A stretch of 24,721 nt of DNA. Source: a virus. Lineage: Duplodnaviria; Caudoviricetes. Location: the IMG/VR virus record IMGVR_UViG_3300048855_000111, positions 1 through 24,721 of that record; one strand, written 5' to 3'. Position 1 is the stretch's first letter, and the number at the start of each line of letters is the position of its first letter. The position numbers and the translations under genes were made by a program. The notes beneath the pieces are model-generated. The model made no database searches and was not told where the DNA came from. It saw only the letters and a program-made list of their open reading frames with translations. Shown here piece by piece: positions 23,358 through 24,721 of this stretch.

Positions 23358-24365
23358 TCACCATTCCACCCCGATCTTGCCGAAATGGCTGCCGCTTTCC
23401 TCGAAGCGAAAGGCGTCCGCGAGCTGGTCGAGGGCGAAGCGGCGGTCGATCACCGGACGAATGCCGGTCACCTCCAGCGCGGTGACGAATGCCTGCTGGT
23501 CGGCTCGGCTGCCGACGATCAGCCCCTGCAACCGGGCTTGCCTGGCCATCAGCGCCGCCGTCGGCACCTCGCCCCCAACCCCGGTCAGCACGCCGATCAG
23601 CGAGATATGGCCACCGACCCGCACCGCCTCGATCGACCGGGCGAGCGTCCCCGGCCCGCCGACCTCAACGACGTGATCGACGCCGATACCTCCGGTCCAG
23701 TCGCGGATCGCGCGGCCCCAGTTCGCCTGGGAGCGATAGTTGAGCGTGAAGTCTGCGCCCAAGGCGCGTGCGCGTTCGAGCTTCTCGTCCGATGACGAGG
23801 TGATCGCCACCCGCGCGCCCATCGCCTTGGCGATCTGCAACGCCCAGATCGACACGCCGCCGGTGCCGAGCAGCAGGACCGTGTCGCCAGCCTTCAGGTG
23901 CCCGTCGGAGATCAGCGCGCGCCACGCTGTAAGGCCGGCAGTGGTGATCGCCGCCGCCTCGACCGCGTCATAACCCCTGGGCGCGCGGGTGAAGGCGGTA
24001 GCGGGCCGCACCACATACTCCTGCGCAAAGCCGTCGATGCCGTCGCCCGGCGTTCCGCTGAAGTCCCCGATGCGCGCTGGCCCGGCCAGCCAGTCCGGGA
24101 AGAAGCAGGAAACGACCAAATCGCCCGGCGCGAACTCGCTCACGCCCTCGCCCACCGCCTCGACCGTGCCGGCCCCATCCGCCATCGGCACGCGGGCGTC
24201 GGCCGTCAGCATGCTGCCGCTCACCACGCCATAATCATGGTAGTTGAGCGAGCTGCCGTGCACTGCCACCCGGATTTCTCCGGGACCGGGATTGCCGGGA
24301 TCCGCCCGTTCCTCGGCCCGCAACCGATCGAGCCCCCCGGGGGCTCCAACAACCATCGCCTTCAT
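23358..24365 (-). CDS. NAD(P)-dependent alcohol dehydrogenase/quinone oxidoreductase (MDR family)
   Basis: Start MKAMVV with GAGGAG RBS; SLNYHD, DGAG.VEAVGEGV, GTGGVS, HFGKI. Confidence 0.92.
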   Translation of the reverse strand: MKAMVVGAPGGLDRLRAEERADPGNPGPGEIRVAVHGSSLNYHDYGVVSGSMLTADARVPMADGAGTVEAVGEGVSEFAPGDLVVSCFFPDWLAGPARIGDFSGTPGDGIDGFAQEYVVRPATAFTRAPRGYDAVEAAAITTAGLTAWRALISDGHLKAGDTVLLLGTGGVSIWALQIAKAMGARVAITSSSDEKLERARALGADFTLNYRSQANWGRAIRDWTGGIGVDHVVEVGGPGTLARSIEAVRVGGHISLIGVLTGVGGEVPTAALMARQARLQGLIVGSRADQQAFVTALEVTGIRPVIDRRFALDQLADAFRFEESGSHFGKIGVEW

Positions 24366-24429
24366 GCTCTGCTCCTCGTGGGTCAGGAATGCAGAGACAA
24401 CGCCGCCGCGGGCCCAGGTCTCCGTCCCG

Positions 24430-24609
24430 TCAGTGCAGCTTTGCGATCGACAGCCCATCTTCCTTGGCGCGCTGCTTGATCGATTCCTCGCTGCGGGTCA
24501 GCGCCTTGGCGATCGACTTCAGCGGCATGCCCTTCTTGGCGAGGGTATGCAGCTTCTGGATTTCGTCGGGGCGCCAGGGCTGGCGATGGCGCTCGAAACG
24601 TTCGGCCAT
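24430..24609 (-). CDS. Small basic hypothetical protein (59 aa), helix-turn-helix-like; absent from the ORF track
   Basis: AAGGAG RBS; MAERFERHRQPWRPDEIQKLHTLAKKGMPLKSIAKALTRSEESIKQRAKEDGLSIAKLH*. Confidence 0.8.
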   Translation of the reverse strand: MAERFERHRQPWRPDEIQKLHTLAKKGMPLKSIAKALTRSEESIKQRAKEDGLSIAKLH

Positions 24610-24631
24610 GTCGGTTCTCCTTGGGGCTCAG

Positions 24632-24721
24632 CTAGCCTGTCCGCGCGAGCCGCACCAGCAGCGCGTCGAGTGCCTGAAGGAAGCGCGACCGGTCCGCCTT
24701 GGAGAAGGGCGGCGGCCCTCC
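24632..24721 (-). CDS. YaiI/YqxD (UPF0178) family protein, 3' end only
   Basis: GPPPFSKADRSRFLQALDALL...* resembles the family's C-terminal motif. Confidence 0.7.
   Translation of the reverse strand, partial: GGPPPFSKADRSRFLQALDALLVRLARTG

Overview
Positions 1-~21660 are one arm of a lambda-like temperate prophage, inserted next to the 3' end of a tRNA-Ala(CGC) gene (21661-21736, minus strand). The host is GC-rich and its gene content suggests Sphingomonas or a relative. Reading inward from the tRNA: tyrosine integrase with an overlapping upstream ORF; a coupled early operon of hypothetical genes; a compact cI/cro switch with 17-bp operators; a cII-like gene; a primase broken by an in-frame TAG; DnaB helicase; a DUF1376-like initiator with iteron-like repeats; a putative late regulator; a ~6.8 kb cargo block; a late promoter/terminator pair; a lambda-like cosQ/cosN; terS; terL (GpA); and the start of gpW. 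The cargo holds two Crp/Fnr regulators, a DUF6894-like gene, an SGNH lipoprotein, a large serine recombinase with three C-terminal repeats and two small exported/membrane proteins. The most unusual observations are: (1) a ~3.3 kb recombinase element bounded by a diverged duplication of a gene 3' end plus a covarying hairpin; (2) two minus-strand 'bridge' ORFs, each coupled by ATGA overlaps at both ends, that run through antisense inserted genes (morons); (3) EcfG-type stress promoters on several morons; (4) a repressor that appears to lack its autocleavage residues. Host genes right of the tRNA encode an SWFGD/DUF2171-like protein, an MDR oxidoreductase, a 59-aa protein and a partial YaiI/YqxD protein. 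All family calls come from reading motifs by eye; no database search was run.
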